This document shows, one piece after another, positions 1 to 11,799 of a stretch of DNA of 64,000 nt. Position 1 is the stretch's first letter, and each line of letters opens with the position of its first letter. The notes below the pieces were generated by a model. The model saw only the letters and a list, made by a program, of their open reading frames with translations, did no database searches and was not told the DNA's origin. Position numbers and translations under genes: made by a program. Source of the stretch: Lophium mytilinum (taxonomy: Eukaryota); assembly GCA_010093605.1 (NCBI GenBank), contig MU004199.1, positions 434,001-498,000 of the forward strand, written 5' to 3'.

Positions 1-241
1 TAAGGATCGCTTTGGCGTCTTCTGGTTTGAGCTCGGGAGGTAGCCAGCCCAGACCGAAGTCTTTGACTCCCACCGGTAGCCCCTTGACGCGGATGTTGCG
101 TCGCCATGAGGACTTTTCGAACCTGAAGGAAGTAATCTTCAGAGGGAAGAGTGACTTCAAGATGGCCTGCCATGCGGGTTCGAGGATGATTGTCACCATG
201 TCGGCCCAGTGGCAGCCGTCGAACTGAGAAGACGAAGACAT
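1..241 (-). CDS. Hypothetical protein, 5' part only (runs off the left edge of the window)
   Basis: The ATG at 241-239 opens a stop-free minus-strand frame to the window edge (MSSSSQFDGCHWADMVTIILEPAWQAILKSLF...). It is preceded by a CA-rich, UTR-like leader. It is absent from the ORF track because there is no stop in the window. Confidence 0.55.
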   Translation of the reverse strand, partial: MSSSSQFDGCHWADMVTIILEPAWQAILKSLFPLKITSFRFEKSSWRRNIRVKGLPVGVKDFGLGWLPPELKPEDAKAIL

Positions 242-1959
242 AAAGGTTGTTTGATTGAAGCGCGTCTAGTTTTCCTGGTGGTGGGATGGGGGTGGTGTGG
301 AGGTTGTTTCTTGAAGAATACTTCTCAGGGAGCCCGTTACCTATGGACCTTTCATGATGATCGAGCACAAGGTGAATGAGCACCATTTTCCGTACGCTAT
401 TCCATCTCATATTACATCCCTCTCATTTAGGCGCTGTAGAACGAAGCATTCGTACCCTCTAATTTGAAAGATTTCAAGGGGCCCCTTACGGCGACGACTA
501 TAGAACAAATGAATAGATTAGAGTCTGTCGCTGGCGCTTCCATATTAGCTCTTCAATAATGATGAGACTGTAAATGAGTCGCAGTTTGAAAGCAACGCTT
601 GAGACGCGCTTAATCTATATCCGCTCTGCTCCGTTTAAAGCACCGTCCGGAGGCCGATGGCTCAGGATTTCCAAGTTTGTAAGAAGCAGCCCAGTGTCCG
701 CGAGGATTGCACAGTCCCCAGCGAGCCGTTGCAAGTGCTCATCGCTATCCTTATCCAACTGCATAGCGCTTCAACTCGAAAATGGGAGTGATTGTTCGTG
801 GCGAGAACCCGCAACCTCCTGACTTACCCCCCAGCTTCCCGGCAAGCGTATATAGGTTTGTTAACAAGGAGCGATTAGGGTTCGACGTGCCATGTTCGTA
901 TGTGATGTGTGAGTGCCCCAAGCAGTAGAAATCGAGTTACCTCCTGACTGACCGGCTTCCTACCTGCTGAGCTTCTCCAAACAGTGGCAACGAGCGTGCA
1001 AGAGTGGCGCTCAAGCGGTAGGATGTATATGTGTGTGAATCTTTCTTACTCCGGAGGTGCGAGTGCTACCGCCGCAGGTATAAGGCTTCCTAATTGAATG
1101 CAGTGACGACCGCGTGTTGAGCTCCGGGTGGAGGGCTCAGGGGGAGCAATAGGAGGTGGAGGTGGATTCTTAAATCACCGTTTGAGCCCGCGCAAACAGC
1201 CGCTATGGAACCGTCGTGTGTGGATCCGACAGATATGGTGTTCTTTTCGAAGGTCTCTGCCGCTTGGGCCGGGAATCAGGAAAGGAGAACGCAAGATGAT
1301 AGGGTCGAGCCTCCCTAGCAAGGTGACGGACGCTTGCAGTACAAATGCTGCTTAGCTATGCTCCAGGAGGTATATTTAGTAAAGATGCTGGTCAGAGTCT
1401 CAAATTGCAGCCGTGATGAGGCAAACTTGCATGACGTCGTGGTGGGCAACCCTGAGGGCCCGTGCACTTCACTGAACGATGCCACAGCAACAATAGCAGT
1501 CACGTATGTTTATCGGGCTTCAGCAATTTGGCTGTATCACTGGCAGCATATTTAAACTATCTGGAATGTCGTTGGCAAGCGCATTCAAGTCCACGTCCTG
1601 GAAGATCTCAATTCTACGCGAATGTCAGCCGCAGAGGTCCCCAGACCCCATTAAAAGACCTTATGTGCACGAACTTACATAGAACACCAAACAAAGCTTG
1701 AGAAGTGGTGAGCTGTCTATAGGCTTTAATGTGCACCAGTATTACTACAATAAAAGGGCTTTAGCATGTCGCGAAAGCCTGCAACAGCCAGAGGGTCGTC
1801 AATAGTAGCATAGGGCAACAATCACAATTGAGAGACTATTTTCTAGCGCGGTTTCGCTTATCGTTGCTCAACTTGGCCATGTTCAACAAGTCTCGTCTTC
1901 TCACGAGCACCTCGTCCTTCTAGCCTTTACAGCTACTTCTCATTACTCGCACAGCGATA

Positions 1960-2880
1960 ATGCCTTCGTTTCCCCCTTTTGCTGTGCTGGATGCTTGCGG
2001 TCATGAAGGTGTATGTGACTGCCTCGATTCCCTGGATTACGCCAACGAGACCCCCGTGGAGCGAAAGCAGAGGATGTGGATCCACCACGCTGGAAAAGCT
2101 CTTCAGAGCTGGTACGCGGCGTATGCCGAAAGGGTTTACAACTTCGAGATCGAGGTTGTCGAGGCAGCCGGCGAAGTGCTACACGTACATGGAATCGTAC
2201 AGCCAATCGGCACCGCCAAGGCTCTGCCGGCATGGTTCCCAGAGCAGGAGAGGTTGCGGGTGCTGATGTTCCAGCAATGTAACTTGTCACTGGGGATAAC
2301 GCGAGGGGTCGTACGGCTGTTTGAAGGTAAGTAGGAGAGGCTCATTGACTGCCATAATGCTAATTTGCGGTTCTCAGACTCCTACGACTCTCCCCTCACG
2401 CATGTCGGTATCCTCCGCGTCCAATCTCCCGAATTCGAACGGTACGTAGCCCTCCACCCCAGTTGTGGCATGGTAATTCAGAACAGTGACACCGACCACG
2501 TTTCCTGGATAATGGTGACAAAGGATGGCACGGAATACGTACAAGACATCACCGGTGCTCAAGTTGGACTTGAGGCCGTAACGTACCTCAGGGATGATTA
2601 CTTGAGCAGCAAGTGCGTTAGCGCTTGGAAAGCACGGGAATTTCCCGCCGATGCCGAGTGTGAGGCCTTAGTAGAAGCTGCCATCAAGGGGGACGAGCTT
2701 CAGCTCTTTCACGCACACGCTGGTCAACGATTTTTCGAAATTGTGAAGGCGTTCATGCACGAGGAGCAGGGGTTTCTGCACCTTGAAAATGGCGACTTCG
2801 AAGAAGCACTCGTCAAGTCCACCACTCGAGTCTGGGACGGCATGGGCCTGTACATGGCTAGCCTCCCGACTAACGTCTGA
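1960..2880 (+). CDS. Cys-His-Asp transglutaminase/papain-like fold protein, paralog 1 (~289 aa, 2 exons)
   Basis: ORFs 1960..2334 and 2365..2880 join via a phase-1 intron at 2327-2377 (GTAAGT...GCTAAT...CAG). Motifs: MFQQC, DHVSWIM, YVQDITGAQVG. The function is inferred from the motif pattern only. Confidence 0.75.
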
Positions 2881-3142
2881 CCAAAGCCTCCTCGCACCTA
2901 TGTCTGGTTCGTTGGGGACGTCTACGCTACACAGAGCTTCGCTCGTCATTGTGGAGAAGTTTGCAGCCGTCACCTGCTTATGGCCCTTTGACTGAGCGAT
3001 TCCTTTTGGTGCAGGTTAACCAATCCCTTTCCGTCATGGTTAGGGGGCCACTAACAGTGTATCCGGTACGGCGGCTCTACCTGTTGTGGTCCATAATAGT
3101 ATGAGCCTTGTGCTGGTCTATTAAGGGCTTCTTTCTACGGAA
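2810..3142. repeat. Copy A of an inverted dispersed duplication (partner at ~58774-59096)
   Basis: The reverse complement of 3142 leftwards (ttccgtagaaagaagcccttaatagaccagcacaa...) aligns to 58774 onwards. It is near-identical for ~90 bp, then identity decays. Confidence 0.9.
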
Positions 3143-4112
3143 GCGTCTTGTCCAAGGCGCATCTGAACCACGGAACGATTCAAGCGGCTTATACGGACTT
3201 GTTTCCAGCATTCCGAAGGTACGGTAGCCCCTCACACCTATCCATTATTTCCGGCAACTAGTGTAATGTATATGAGGCATAGTTTCTAATCATAGGATTT
3301 CAATGCCCAAGTCATTGCTCAATTTTTAGTAGACCACATTTCAATGGCATTCTTCTTTCCTATTATCAACCTTTCCGTTTCTTTGAAGGCCCTCACGCCC
3401 AATTCGGAATATCAAAGGCCAATGTAAAGATCTTCGAGGTGCGTTTGAGGACCTAGACAGGAATGCTCCCTCCAGGAGGCAATATCTAGCAGTAGGCCCG
3501 AGAGTCTTCAAAACAAGGAGAAATTAGGTATGTTTCATCCACAAGTTCGAACTTTACGGCGGTGCTTATGACATCTTCCTCCATCAAAAAATAATAGGCA
3601 TGAGAGGCTTCGAATGTGCCGCACTAATGCCAGCAGGCACGGAAGATCCGCACGGATTTGCGCGCTGTGAAATATCACGTTCCAGATGAGCTCTTACGAT
3701 GCAATGACCAGGATTGTACCCTGGGTTTGTGACATCCACTTTCGCTCATTCTGCATAGGCGTGAAGGCCCATAGGTGCGCCGGACATCCTTCAAGGTGGT
3801 TGCACAGTTTGCTTAACCTGCCCCCATTAGAAAGTAGGTACGAGATGAGAGCATCCCATCACGTGCTCTGCATTGCGCTTTCATGATTATTACATGTACG
3901 TTTGATGAAGATCAATGGTTGTGGCTAGATCACAGGTGAGGATAAGAATTAAACTTAATAACCATTCGAATTAGGCTACCTCATGTTCTAGGATAATCTG
4001 CAACCTCCAGGGGTATCTCAAAGCATTTCCTGTCCCCTCAAACCGCCACTCTTGCACTCATGTATCGAAGGCCCACGCCCAAGAATCGAGTCCCCTGCTC
4101 CTTTTCTCCACC

Positions 4113-4676
4113 TCACATAAAGGGCTCACAAAAGCTGTCAAAATCGTCCTGCGAGACACCCCTCCCCACCCAGTCTTCCGCCTTTTGATTGAAGATGCTA
4201 GTCTCGCATGTTGGGCACTGATTCTTCGCACAAACCACCCAGAAGCGCAGGCACGCCTCGTGGAAAACATGCTGGCACTTCAAGATCCTCACTGCGCTTT
4301 CGTCGCCTGGCTTGCGGATTGTCGGGCCCCAGCGCTCGCAGAGGCGGCACCATTCGCCCAGACCGGCTTTGACGCGTATGACGCCGTTGTCGAAGAATTC
4401 GATCGGGGTGTCGGATGATTCGGGGGCGGTGGGCTCCTCCAGGGTCAGGATTGTTGTGCAGAGTGGGCAATTCTTGTCGGTGGCGAGCCATTTCTTGAGG
4501 CAGTCAAGGTGGTAGATATGCTTGCAAAGGATAGTGAGGACCGCACCGCCGGCGTCCTTGGCTGCCTGCGCACCGGTGCGCTTGCATAGGCTGCAGGTGG
4601 GGCCGAGATCTTCCGAGCAGGCGCGCACTCCAGACTTGGGGGCTTCGGCGGGCGCGGTCACCGTAGTGTCAGCCAT
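4113..4676 (-). CDS. Small protein with two RING-H2 fingers (putative E3 ubiquitin ligase)
   Basis: Likely start MADTT at 4676. Two C3H2C3 motifs: CSLC...CKHIYHLDC...CPLC and CRLC...CQHVFHEAC...CPTC. Intronless. Confidence 0.8.
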   Translation of the reverse strand: MADTTVTAPAEAPKSGVRACSEDLGPTCSLCKRTGAQAAKDAGGAVLTILCKHIYHLDCLKKWLATDKNCPLCTTILTLEEPTAPESSDTPIEFFDNGVIRVKAGLGEWCRLCERWGPTIRKPGDESAVRILKCQHVFHEACLRFWVVCAKNQCPTCETSIFNQKAEDWVGRGVSQDDFDSFCEPFM

Positions 4677-5059
4677 CGTGAGTTGGTCGGGAGGGTCGAG
4701 GGTGGAGAGTGGTGCCGGTTGGAACGGGTGTTGTGACACGAGAGGAGAGGGTGGTTGGTGTTCGGAGAGTGGAAGGAAGAGTGGAGTAGAAGGTCCAAGT
4801 AGTGGATTGTGAAGTAACTGTTGTATCTGGAGGGGGTGGGACGGAGTGAAGTGGTAAGGCCTGCGGTTGAAGATATGGGAAAACATCAACGCACAATGTA
4901 CCGGCGGCCGTTCGATTCGCAAATCGGCTTATCGATGACGGTAGTATACAACATAAAGTCCCGCGACATAAGTTTGGGCACTCTTATACCGCTGCGTGGG
5001 GTGTACCTATGGGCTTTCAATCTTTCAAGAGCGATGTCAAGGTCGATGCAGGGGAAAGT

Positions 5060-5700
5060 AGGCTGCCTTTTGACTGCCCATATACCTACTGACTGGGCTA
5101 ACCTCCACGGCGGTGTCTAGCAATCAGGTATAGTAGCCGGACAGTCCTATATTACGGCGCTCAGACTTGTGCCCAATACTGTACCTAGATGTGGGGGTAC
5201 CAATTCATACGTTTGGGCACTCTTTACCAATGCTAGAGGGACCGCGAACTGCTTTGGAAACTCTAAATACAAGGTAATAGTCCACCCAGTGGAAAACAAA
5301 CAAGCTTTTGATTATCTGATGCCATGTGGCCTAGGGCACCCCCTACAGTGGTGTTGAGAGAGCAAAAGTGAAGGTAGAGCCGTGGCGTATCCATGGGCCC
5401 GAATTATGACTTGAAATATAATGCAACGAGCAACGCAGTGGATATACTACAAGCTCTTGATTATTTAATTTCATGCGCCCCAGGGCAACCCTGACGGTGG
5501 TGTGAAGAAAGCAAAGGTGAAGCTAGAGCCGGGGTTTATATGCGTGCCTAAATCAATGAGTTGAAATGTAATACAAAGATCAGCCAACTGGAAATTAGGA
5601 TAGCTTTTGACCAACTAAAATTTCATTGCCTAGGACACTCCTCACGGTGGTTTCGAGAGTGCAGATGGTAACGGAGTAGCAGCAAGTTTGTGGCAGCGGT
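5060..5700 (+). repeat. Degenerate ~150-bp tandem array (3 regular units plus one displaced unit)
   Basis: Anchors tagggcacccctacagtggtg (5332), cagggcaaccctgacggtggtg (5481) and taggacactcctcacggtggtt (5631) give spacings of 149 and 150. A further copy lies at ~5066-5130. Confidence 0.8.
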
Positions 5701-6019
5701 CTTGATGTAGTCGTGAAACTCGGGGGTAAATGTCAGATAAAGCACATCACCAGTCGGAGCAGCATTACTAAGACCGCGTCAAAAAGGCAAGGAAACCAGT
5801 CACACATGAGTAATAAACAAAGTCGCTCTTGTAGAAAGTTTCATTGAATCAAGAGAACTCTAATATCTAGTTGTTCTGATACGAATCGGCCATATCAGAG
5901 CTATGGAAAGAAGAAAAGGTTATTGCAACTTGTGCTTCTTGAACCATCTAAGAACGCTATAATGTCCCAAGAAAGACCACAAAGGGCAGCCAAAAGGAAG
6001 TGGAAAGTTCAAGATAAGT

Positions 6020-7354
6020 TCACAAATTCTCGTCCTCCGCTTCTTCATCATCCTCCTCGTCAAAGAAGTAGAAGGGTTCCAGCTCTCGTAATTCATCGGC
6101 TATGCCCCCGAGAAGTTGGTGCTGAGGATTTTGCCTTGAGAAGCTTTGGTAGTGATTGTTGTAGTACTCATACTGGAAGACGGTGAAGCGGCGAGGCTGG
6201 CTGTGGGGGTCTGTGTACTCATGATGCACGGCATGGTCCCTGGATGCGGAGCCCTCATCTTCCCCTTCTTCATCATCCTCCCCCTCGGGGCCTATGTATT
6301 CATGATGCACAGTTTGACCATCATCGTCCCCTGATGCGGAGCCCTCGTCTTCAGAGGAAACCTCCACTTCTTCAAACCTGAACACCTCTTCCCGTTCTTC
6401 GCCTTCCAGTAGATACTCATCGTCTTCCCAAACAACCTCGCTCCCTAGCGTTTCGAAACGCTGGAGCCACTCAGCGTGGCCATGGGCTACTTCAACTTCG
6501 ATGCACTGTACCAAGGGAATGAAAGACAGCTTCAATGCGCACATCTGAAGCCCGAACCATGACGCAACGCAAACAATATACTTGATCCGGCGGAGCTCTT
6601 TCGCCCTAGCAGTCCGAGCCTTCCTAGCCCTACGAGTAGGACCCAGAAGATCGTTTATATGCTTATCTACCCTGTGTTCCATGTAGCGATGTAGCCATTC
6701 CCACGGGTATGACTCATACTGAAATTCTAGTAGCATGTCGCGCATCTTGCCAATGAGCGTACCAGCATCACAGTACTGGTTAGCCAAGATGGCCCGGCTG
6801 TCCGAAAAATCGGCGAACGCGAGGACGAGGTCGTAGATCTGCCCAGTGATCATCTCGATGAAGACCGGGATCTCTACTTGGAGGTAGGAGCCGATAGTGA
6901 TACCGGACAGTTCGAACAGGCTTCGGCTCTCGAAGGCCTCGCGGCGGGCGGTTATGGTGCTTTTCTTGGAATAGTAAACCCGACGGCACAGCGGGCAGGT
7001 TGTTTTACCTACGAAATGAGCTTTGGCGCACGCGATGTGGAAGGAGTGCTCGCAAGGGAGGGTAATCGGATAGCCGCCCATGATGTGGGTTGCGAAGGGG
7101 AGTTCGGGGAGGATTGCCGATTCTTCATCTTCTTCTTGCATGTTTAAGTCGTCCAGGCAGATCGCGCAGGTTGTGCCCGGAGATGCTTCTAGATTGGTCG
7201 CGGGTGGTAAGCCGTCCAAGGCCTCCAGCCATTCCTTGCGCGTCGGTAACGCAGGTGGAGTCAAGGACTGCTTGTCAATTCGGTGTAGTACGCCTTCAGA
7301 CATACCGTAGAGGCCACTGTGAACATAGTAGGTTCGGGAAGAGGTACCCTGCAT
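6020..7354 (-). CDS. RING-H2 protein, tandem paralog A (RING + unrecognised helical domain + acidic tail)
   Basis: Likely start MQGTSS at 7354. CAIC...CEHSFHIAC...CPLC, then the shared motifs ARREAFE, LSFIPL and DDEYLL, then a D/E-rich tail. Confidence 0.85.
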   Translation of the reverse strand: MQGTSSRTYYVHSGLYGMSEGVLHRIDKQSLTPPALPTRKEWLEALDGLPPATNLEASPGTTCAICLDDLNMQEEDEESAILPELPFATHIMGGYPITLPCEHSFHIACAKAHFVGKTTCPLCRRVYYSKKSTITARREAFESRSLFELSGITIGSYLQVEIPVFIEMITGQIYDLVLAFADFSDSRAILANQYCDAGTLIGKMRDMLLEFQYESYPWEWLHRYMEHRVDKHINDLLGPTRRARKARTARAKELRRIKYIVCVASWFGLQMCALKLSFIPLVQCIEVEVAHGHAEWLQRFETLGSEVVWEDDEYLLEGEEREEVFRFEEVEVSSEDEGSASGDDDGQTVHHEYIGPEGEDDEEGEDEGSASRDHAVHHEYTDPHSQPRRFTVFQYEYYNNHYQSFSRQNPQHQLLGGIADELRELEPFYFFDEEDDEEAEDENL

Positions 7355-8013
7355 GGTAGAGGTAAGTTGTGTGTCTGGAGTTTGTGGTCTGCTTGGTGTA
7401 GTGATTTCTGGAAAGTGAGTGTGTTTTCGGAGGAAATGATAGCTACGGTAGGACTCTTTATTCATCCTGGAGTGAATCAGAACTGTCAATTGTTGAATAA
7501 CAATGTATTCGGACAATAAGGCAACTCATATCCTTCCCCTTTAGCTTCCAAAGTTGCATTCTTCACTGAGTACAAAGTTTGCGTGTGTACAATGCCTGAT
7601 CTACATGCGAATTTCTTGGCTTAATGTTACCGAGATGCGTTTCTTTCCCACAACTACGCTTTCCGAACTGACTTGGTGGCTTTTTATCCGCGCTAGACCT
7701 GGAAATTGTCACAAGATGTGAAGTGAGAGAAGCGCGGAACGGGTAAGGGAGTTTTGATCACTCTTCTACTGGATTATTACACGGCGACAAGAAATAACAG
7801 GACTTACGATGCATTTTGGAGGGTTGTTTCTAGAGAATGGAACTTTGTTGAAGCTAAGAGAAAAAGGAAGGAATGAAGCAATCTAGTCTAATACTTATGA
7901 GAAAGTCAAAACGGTGGGACACACGATTGCAATTTAGTCTTCAGAGAAACATGTTAAGCGTGACCTGCTCGAGTATCCAGCGGCCACGGAAAATGGAGTT
8001 TTCGTCAGAGCTA

Positions 8014-9576
8014 TTAGTCTTCGAGGTCCATTTCATCCTCGAGATCAGTCTCATCATCGGTATCCATTTCATCTTCCACATCCGTTTTATCTTCGAGAGT
8101 TTCATCTTCGTGATTTTCATCTTCGTGATTTTCATCTGGAAAATGAACCTCGTCGAGATGAATGCCCGCTTGGGCCGCCCGGCTGCGAATCGTTTCAATT
8201 ACGCGCAATGCGTAAGCTTGTAGCTCCTGGCGATATTGTCCTGGGTTTGCAGCCGCCTGTTCAAGCAGTGCATGCCATTCCTGACGCAGTCTCCTGTATT
8301 CGGCCCTTTGCTCTTCGTCATCTCGCTCAAGGAGTACCTCGGTGGTGGGAAGATCTCCATCTTGCTCCATTCCGAGTGCGGTCAAAAGACGTCGCAGCTC
8401 ATTGCGCAGTCGCTCGAAAGCCGCCTCTTCGTACTGGCTCAAGGATCCCGGATTCATGTTCTGGCGATCCAGAAGCCCTCGGTATTGTTGGTACAGCACC
8501 TCATAGCGCCCCATCCACGTATAGCGATCTTCAATTTCGCCTTCGTCATCCTCAACCTCGTCGTCAATATCCATTAGGTCTTCGTCGTCCTCTGGCTCCA
8601 AGAGGTATTCATCGTCGAAGAGAACGGTTTCGGAGCCAAACGGTCCACCGCGATCGAAATGGGACGGCCACCCACACCCGCGTTCGAGTTGATATTCCTT
8701 GATCTTCAGATAAGGAATAAAAGTCTGCTTCAGCAGTGAGATCTTGACACCAAGCCACACCGCTTGCAGCACGATCCGTTCGACGTGTCGAATATCCTTC
8801 CTCCAAGGTGCCCATTCCGTCTTAACTCGCATGAACGGGGTTAGCCCCCGGTTGACATACTTTTGCACTACTTTGCACAAGCCGCGTGCGACCTCGCCCA
8901 TTGGTCGTCCCAGGCTGTACCGATAGTCATAGAGATGGTTGTTGATGACATGCATGATGTCAGAGATTCGATCATACTCATCAGGGTAGGTGACTAGGTT
9001 TACCCGCCCGTGGACTTCCGCCATGACTTGCACCATGTTGGAGATCTCGTGGACGATCAACGCCCGGAAACAGCGCATTGGTGCGTCATCAGGGATGGTA
9101 ATGGCGCGAATTTGCCGGAGGTTCATCCGCTCGAAGGCTTCGCGACGGGCTTGGATGGTGCCATTTCGAGCCTCCACTTCCCAGAACTCCTTCCTGCAAA
9201 GAGGACAGCATCCCTTAGAAACAAAGTGCGCTTTGATGCAGCCAATGTGGAACTTGTGGCTGCACGGGAGAGTCACTGGGTAGCCTCCTTCCATATTGGT
9301 GTTGTCTGCGAATGGGAGCTCGGCGAAGATTGTGGCTTCCGCTTGGACTTCGACTGCCGCCGTTTTGAGGTCCTCGAGGCAGACCATGCACGTCCTATCC
9401 TCGTCTGGAATCTCGTCTATGTTGACGATTGCAGGAAGCTCATCCAAGGTTTCTTGCCAGGCTTCTTGGGTTGGCAGACGCTTTAGGTCTGAAGGTTCGC
9501 TAGGAACTGCATCTCGTCTATACTTGTACAAGCCGCTGTAGGTGTAGCGCTCTCGCAACGGGATAGTTGGCACCAT
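8014..9576 (-). CDS. RING-H2 protein, tandem paralog B
   Basis: Likely start MVPTIP at 9576. CMVC...CSHKFHIGC...CPLC, then ARREAFE, LKQTFIP and DDEYLL, then an acidic/coiled-coil tail with DENHE repeats. Confidence 0.85.
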   Translation of the reverse strand: MVPTIPLRERYTYSGLYKYRRDAVPSEPSDLKRLPTQEAWQETLDELPAIVNIDEIPDEDRTCMVCLEDLKTAAVEVQAEATIFAELPFADNTNMEGGYPVTLPCSHKFHIGCIKAHFVSKGCCPLCRKEFWEVEARNGTIQARREAFERMNLRQIRAITIPDDAPMRCFRALIVHEISNMVQVMAEVHGRVNLVTYPDEYDRISDIMHVINNHLYDYRYSLGRPMGEVARGLCKVVQKYVNRGLTPFMRVKTEWAPWRKDIRHVERIVLQAVWLGVKISLLKQTFIPYLKIKEYQLERGCGWPSHFDRGGPFGSETVLFDDEYLLEPEDDEDLMDIDDEVEDDEGEIEDRYTWMGRYEVLYQQYRGLLDRQNMNPGSLSQYEEAAFERLRNELRRLLTALGMEQDGDLPTTEVLLERDDEEQRAEYRRLRQEWHALLEQAAANPGQYRQELQAYALRVIETIRSRAAQAGIHLDEVHFPDENHEDENHEDETLEDKTDVEDEMDTDDETDLEDEMDLED

Positions 9577-10204
9577 CGTTGGAAAGCCGACTTTGTGATG
9601 GGATTCCTGTATTCTGTTTGGTAAGTGCTTAGATGATAAGTGGTTTGGTTGGTTGTTGTGCGGGATGTTGATTTCGAGTCTTTCGAGCTGGACTTCAGCT
9701 CGTTTTATGTCCTCCATTTGCCTGAATTGTCACATCACTTTCCCGAATTTCGAAGTTGTACAGTCACTTTCACCTTAACTTTCTGGAATTACATGCATTT
9801 GCTCATTCATGGTGAATCAAGCGTGCAGCTTACATTGTTCATGGACAATTCACGAACCTGGACGGCTGCCCTGATTCTCCCATTTACGTATCATGACACG
9901 GGCGTTTGTACTGCAGAATGATTAGCTAGAGTAGACAGAACAAAGTTTTGAACTCCTCGTGGCCTATGTACGGAGCTCAAGATATGGAGACAATACATTC
10001 CTGTTGGGTTTCCCGGGCTGCCCTTACCTTGGCGGCTTCTCGGACAAAGGAATTAAGGGCGAGGCAAAGCTTGAACGAGTAAACATAATGGAACGGTTTT
10101 CAGTGCACGGGGATTGATGATTTTCGATTGGGGGGTAAGGGTTTCATTGCAGCTACAGCACTTACAAAAGAATGGATGCACGTTCATACGTGCTCACAGA
10201 GACT

Positions 10205-11173
10205 TCAGAGCAGATATTCCACGTCGTACATCACCGTGCTGCTGCCGATCGTCTCATTGTGTACCCATCCTTCTGGCCACGGATTGCCCATCATGATTTC
10301 GAATTCCCGAATCTCGAGCAATGGGATGAACGTCTGCTTCAAGAGGCAGACTTTAAGCCCCATCCAAGCTGCATCCAGGATAATAATTTGAAGGCGTCGG
10401 ATATCTTGTGCCCAGGCCGGTATCTTCCACCTGGGTTGGTCTGCAAGCTCGACCACATAGTCGTCGACGATTGCCGCGATTAGAGCGTACGCCTGGGTGT
10501 ATTTGCAGCCGAGCTGGTTGCCATGCTTGAAGAGTACCAAGTGGATTGTCTTGCAAAGATCCACTACGGGCATGTCATCGTTGTACATGAGGTCTGACCG
10601 GCCTTGTAGCTCTGCAAAAAGGTACATGAAGTGCCAGAGATGCATGGTGATCATTCCACAGAACGACCCAATCCATCCCGAGTCCTCGTGGTAGGCGTCA
10701 ATTGGTAGAACGCCGATCTCTTGAAGGTTGAGCTGCTCAAAGGCCTCTCGACGTGCCTCTAGGGTGCCCAGCTTGCGCTCATATAGGTAGTCTTTGCGGC
10801 ATAGTGGGCACGAGGTCTGGCTGCGAAAGTGTTCCTTAATGCAGTTAACGTGGAAGCTATGCTTGGTCTCGCAAGTTAGGCTTACCGGACGACCTCCCAT
10901 CTTGGGTTCCGCAAAAGGGAGTTCCGCGAGTAGTTCAAGGCCTTCTTCAGGCGGGCTTTCGTCTGTGTTCGCCAAATGTTCGAGGCAAATGACACAGATC
11001 CTATGCTGTGCAGGAATGTCCTCCGGGGCCACATCAGGGAAGTTATCCAAAGTCTGCAGCCAGTCATCTCGCGATGGAAGACGACCTGGAACTGCCTGCA
11101 CGGGTCTCAGAGTGGCGTCCATTGCCGTCAAGCCACCGAACATGTGGTAGTCTCGGAGGGTTGGCCTCGCCAT
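10205..11173 (-). CDS. RING-H2 protein, tandem paralog C (lacks the acidic tail)
   Basis: 322-aa ORF with CVIC...CETKHSFHVNC...CPLC, ARREAFE and LKQTFIP. It ends exactly at YDVEYLL*. Confidence 0.85.
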   Translation of the reverse strand: MARPTLRDYHMFGGLTAMDATLRPVQAVPGRLPSRDDWLQTLDNFPDVAPEDIPAQHRICVICLEHLANTDESPPEEGLELLAELPFAEPKMGGRPVSLTCETKHSFHVNCIKEHFRSQTSCPLCRKDYLYERKLGTLEARREAFEQLNLQEIGVLPIDAYHEDSGWIGSFCGMITMHLWHFMYLFAELQGRSDLMYNDDMPVVDLCKTIHLVLFKHGNQLGCKYTQAYALIAAIVDDYVVELADQPRWKIPAWAQDIRRLQIIILDAAWMGLKVCLLKQTFIPLLEIREFEIMMGNPWPEGWVHNETIGSSTVMYDVEYLL

Positions 11174-11799
11174 GTCGTGCTATTGCTGTTGTTATTGCCG
11201 ATCAAGTAAGTTCTGGGGGCCGAACGAATGGATATTTGTGCTTAAGAATTCTCTGAGGGACTTGGTGGAAAGAGCGGGGTTGCGGCTTCATCGATTGGGA
11301 CATGAGGTAGGTAGATTTATGGACCTCAGCCTACATTGGTCTACAACAATTGTCCAAGCATCCTCGACTTACACCTCGCCTTCACAGTTAACATTGCAGC
11401 TTACACTGTGTAATACATGTGCCATACACAATGAGTGGCCTGACTCAAGTCCCATAGACCCAGCAGAATATGTGGTGTAATAGTACGGGCGTAGGTACCG
11501 TCCCCACGGATGGCGACCGAAGCGCAAGTGTCGTTTGTCGACTTAACGAGATTGCTACCGAGACAGACATCGCGATGAGTCGAGTATAGACTGTATAGAG
11601 GGAGTTTAGGGGAGTTTAGGGGTGTTTATAGGATTTAGACGTGTGCGTAAAGATGAGTGAGTTGATGCAAGAACTAATGCATTGAGCCATCTTCCAGGCA
11701 ACGTAGAATTTAAACATAGATGCGATGAAACCGTAGCTTGCGAACGAAGTTACCTTGATTTGATCCCGATCCCTTGGGAGAACGTCGGAGAGTCCTCGA

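Noticed and set aside
270..284. 13-mer CACCACCAGGAAA shared by the leaders of the genes at the two window ends (also ~62254)
   Set aside because: It lies in CA-rich low-complexity leaders; a chance match cannot be excluded.
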